The notes under the pieces: model-generated
The model's input: only the letters and a program-made list of their open reading frames with translations
Databases searched by the model: none
Told to the model about the DNA's origin: nothing
Source: Mobula hypostoma
Lineage: Eukaryota
NCBI RefSeq assembly: GCF_963921235.1
Contig: NC_086107.1
Location: 108,874,001-108,938,000 of the forward strand
Direction of reading: 5' to 3'
Length of the DNA: 64,000 bases
Translations under genes and position numbers: made by a program
Part shown: positions 63,625 through 64,000 of the stretch, one piece after another
Position numbering within the stretch: the first letter of the stretch is position 1
Layout: each line of letters opens with the position of its first letter

Positions 63625-63992
63625 GTTGAAAGGCATGGACAGAGTGGATGTGGCAAAGTTGTTTCCCATGACGGAGGAGTCTAGTACGAGAGGGCATGAC
63701 TTAAGGATTGAAGGGCGCCCATTCAGAACAGAAATGCGAAGAAATTTTTTTAGTCAGAGGGTGGTGAATCTATGGAATTTGTTGCCACGGGCGGCAGTGG
63801 AGGCCAAGTCATTGGGTGTGTTTAAGGCAGAGATTGATAGGTATCTGAGTAGCCAGGGCATCAAAGGTTATGGTGAGAAGGTGGGGGAGTGGGACTAAAT
63901 GGGAGAATGGATCAGCTCATGATAAAATGGCGGAGCAGACTCGATGGGCCGAATGGCCAACTTCTGCTCCTTTGTCTTATGGTCTTATGGTC
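63625..63992 (+). mobile_element. Well-preserved CR1 LINE 3' end
   Basis: LKGMDRVDV..LFP...TRGH.LRIEGRPFRTEMRRNFFSQRVVNLWN; (TCTTATGG)n tail. Confidence 0.88.
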
Positions 63993-64000
63993 TATTAAGC

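Overview
This is eukaryotic, repeat-dense vertebrate DNA. HE1-type V-SINEs plus CR1, Rex1/L2-like, RTE and Penelope elements point to a cartilaginous fish, probably a ray (inference). The only host coding sequence I can support is one minus-strand exon (16135-15864) encoding the N-terminus of a T-type voltage-gated Ca2+ channel alpha-1 subunit, best match CACNA1I/Cav3.3. The exon is followed by a U12-type AT-AC donor (ATATCCTTT). A CpG-rich, repeat-free block near 33.6-35.3 kb, ending in a strong GT donor at 34453, is a candidate promoter and non-coding first exon. The rest is intronic or upstream DNA with nested mobile elements. Main observations: (1) Penelope-like elements and short derivatives carry minimal type-I hammerhead ribozyme motifs with a palindromic stem III; (2) a tRNA-headed SINE shares its tail with an RTE LINE in the window and its body with an RTE-like 5' remnant; (3) an R4/Dong-type LINE sits in a (TTA)n tract; (4) a hAT-like element carries a BED-finger remnant; (5) a composite element is capped by hairpin MITE units; (6) a 33-bp minisatellite may derive from a DeuSINE. 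Repeat boundaries are approximate unless TSDs are given. Family names come from motif recognition, not database searches.
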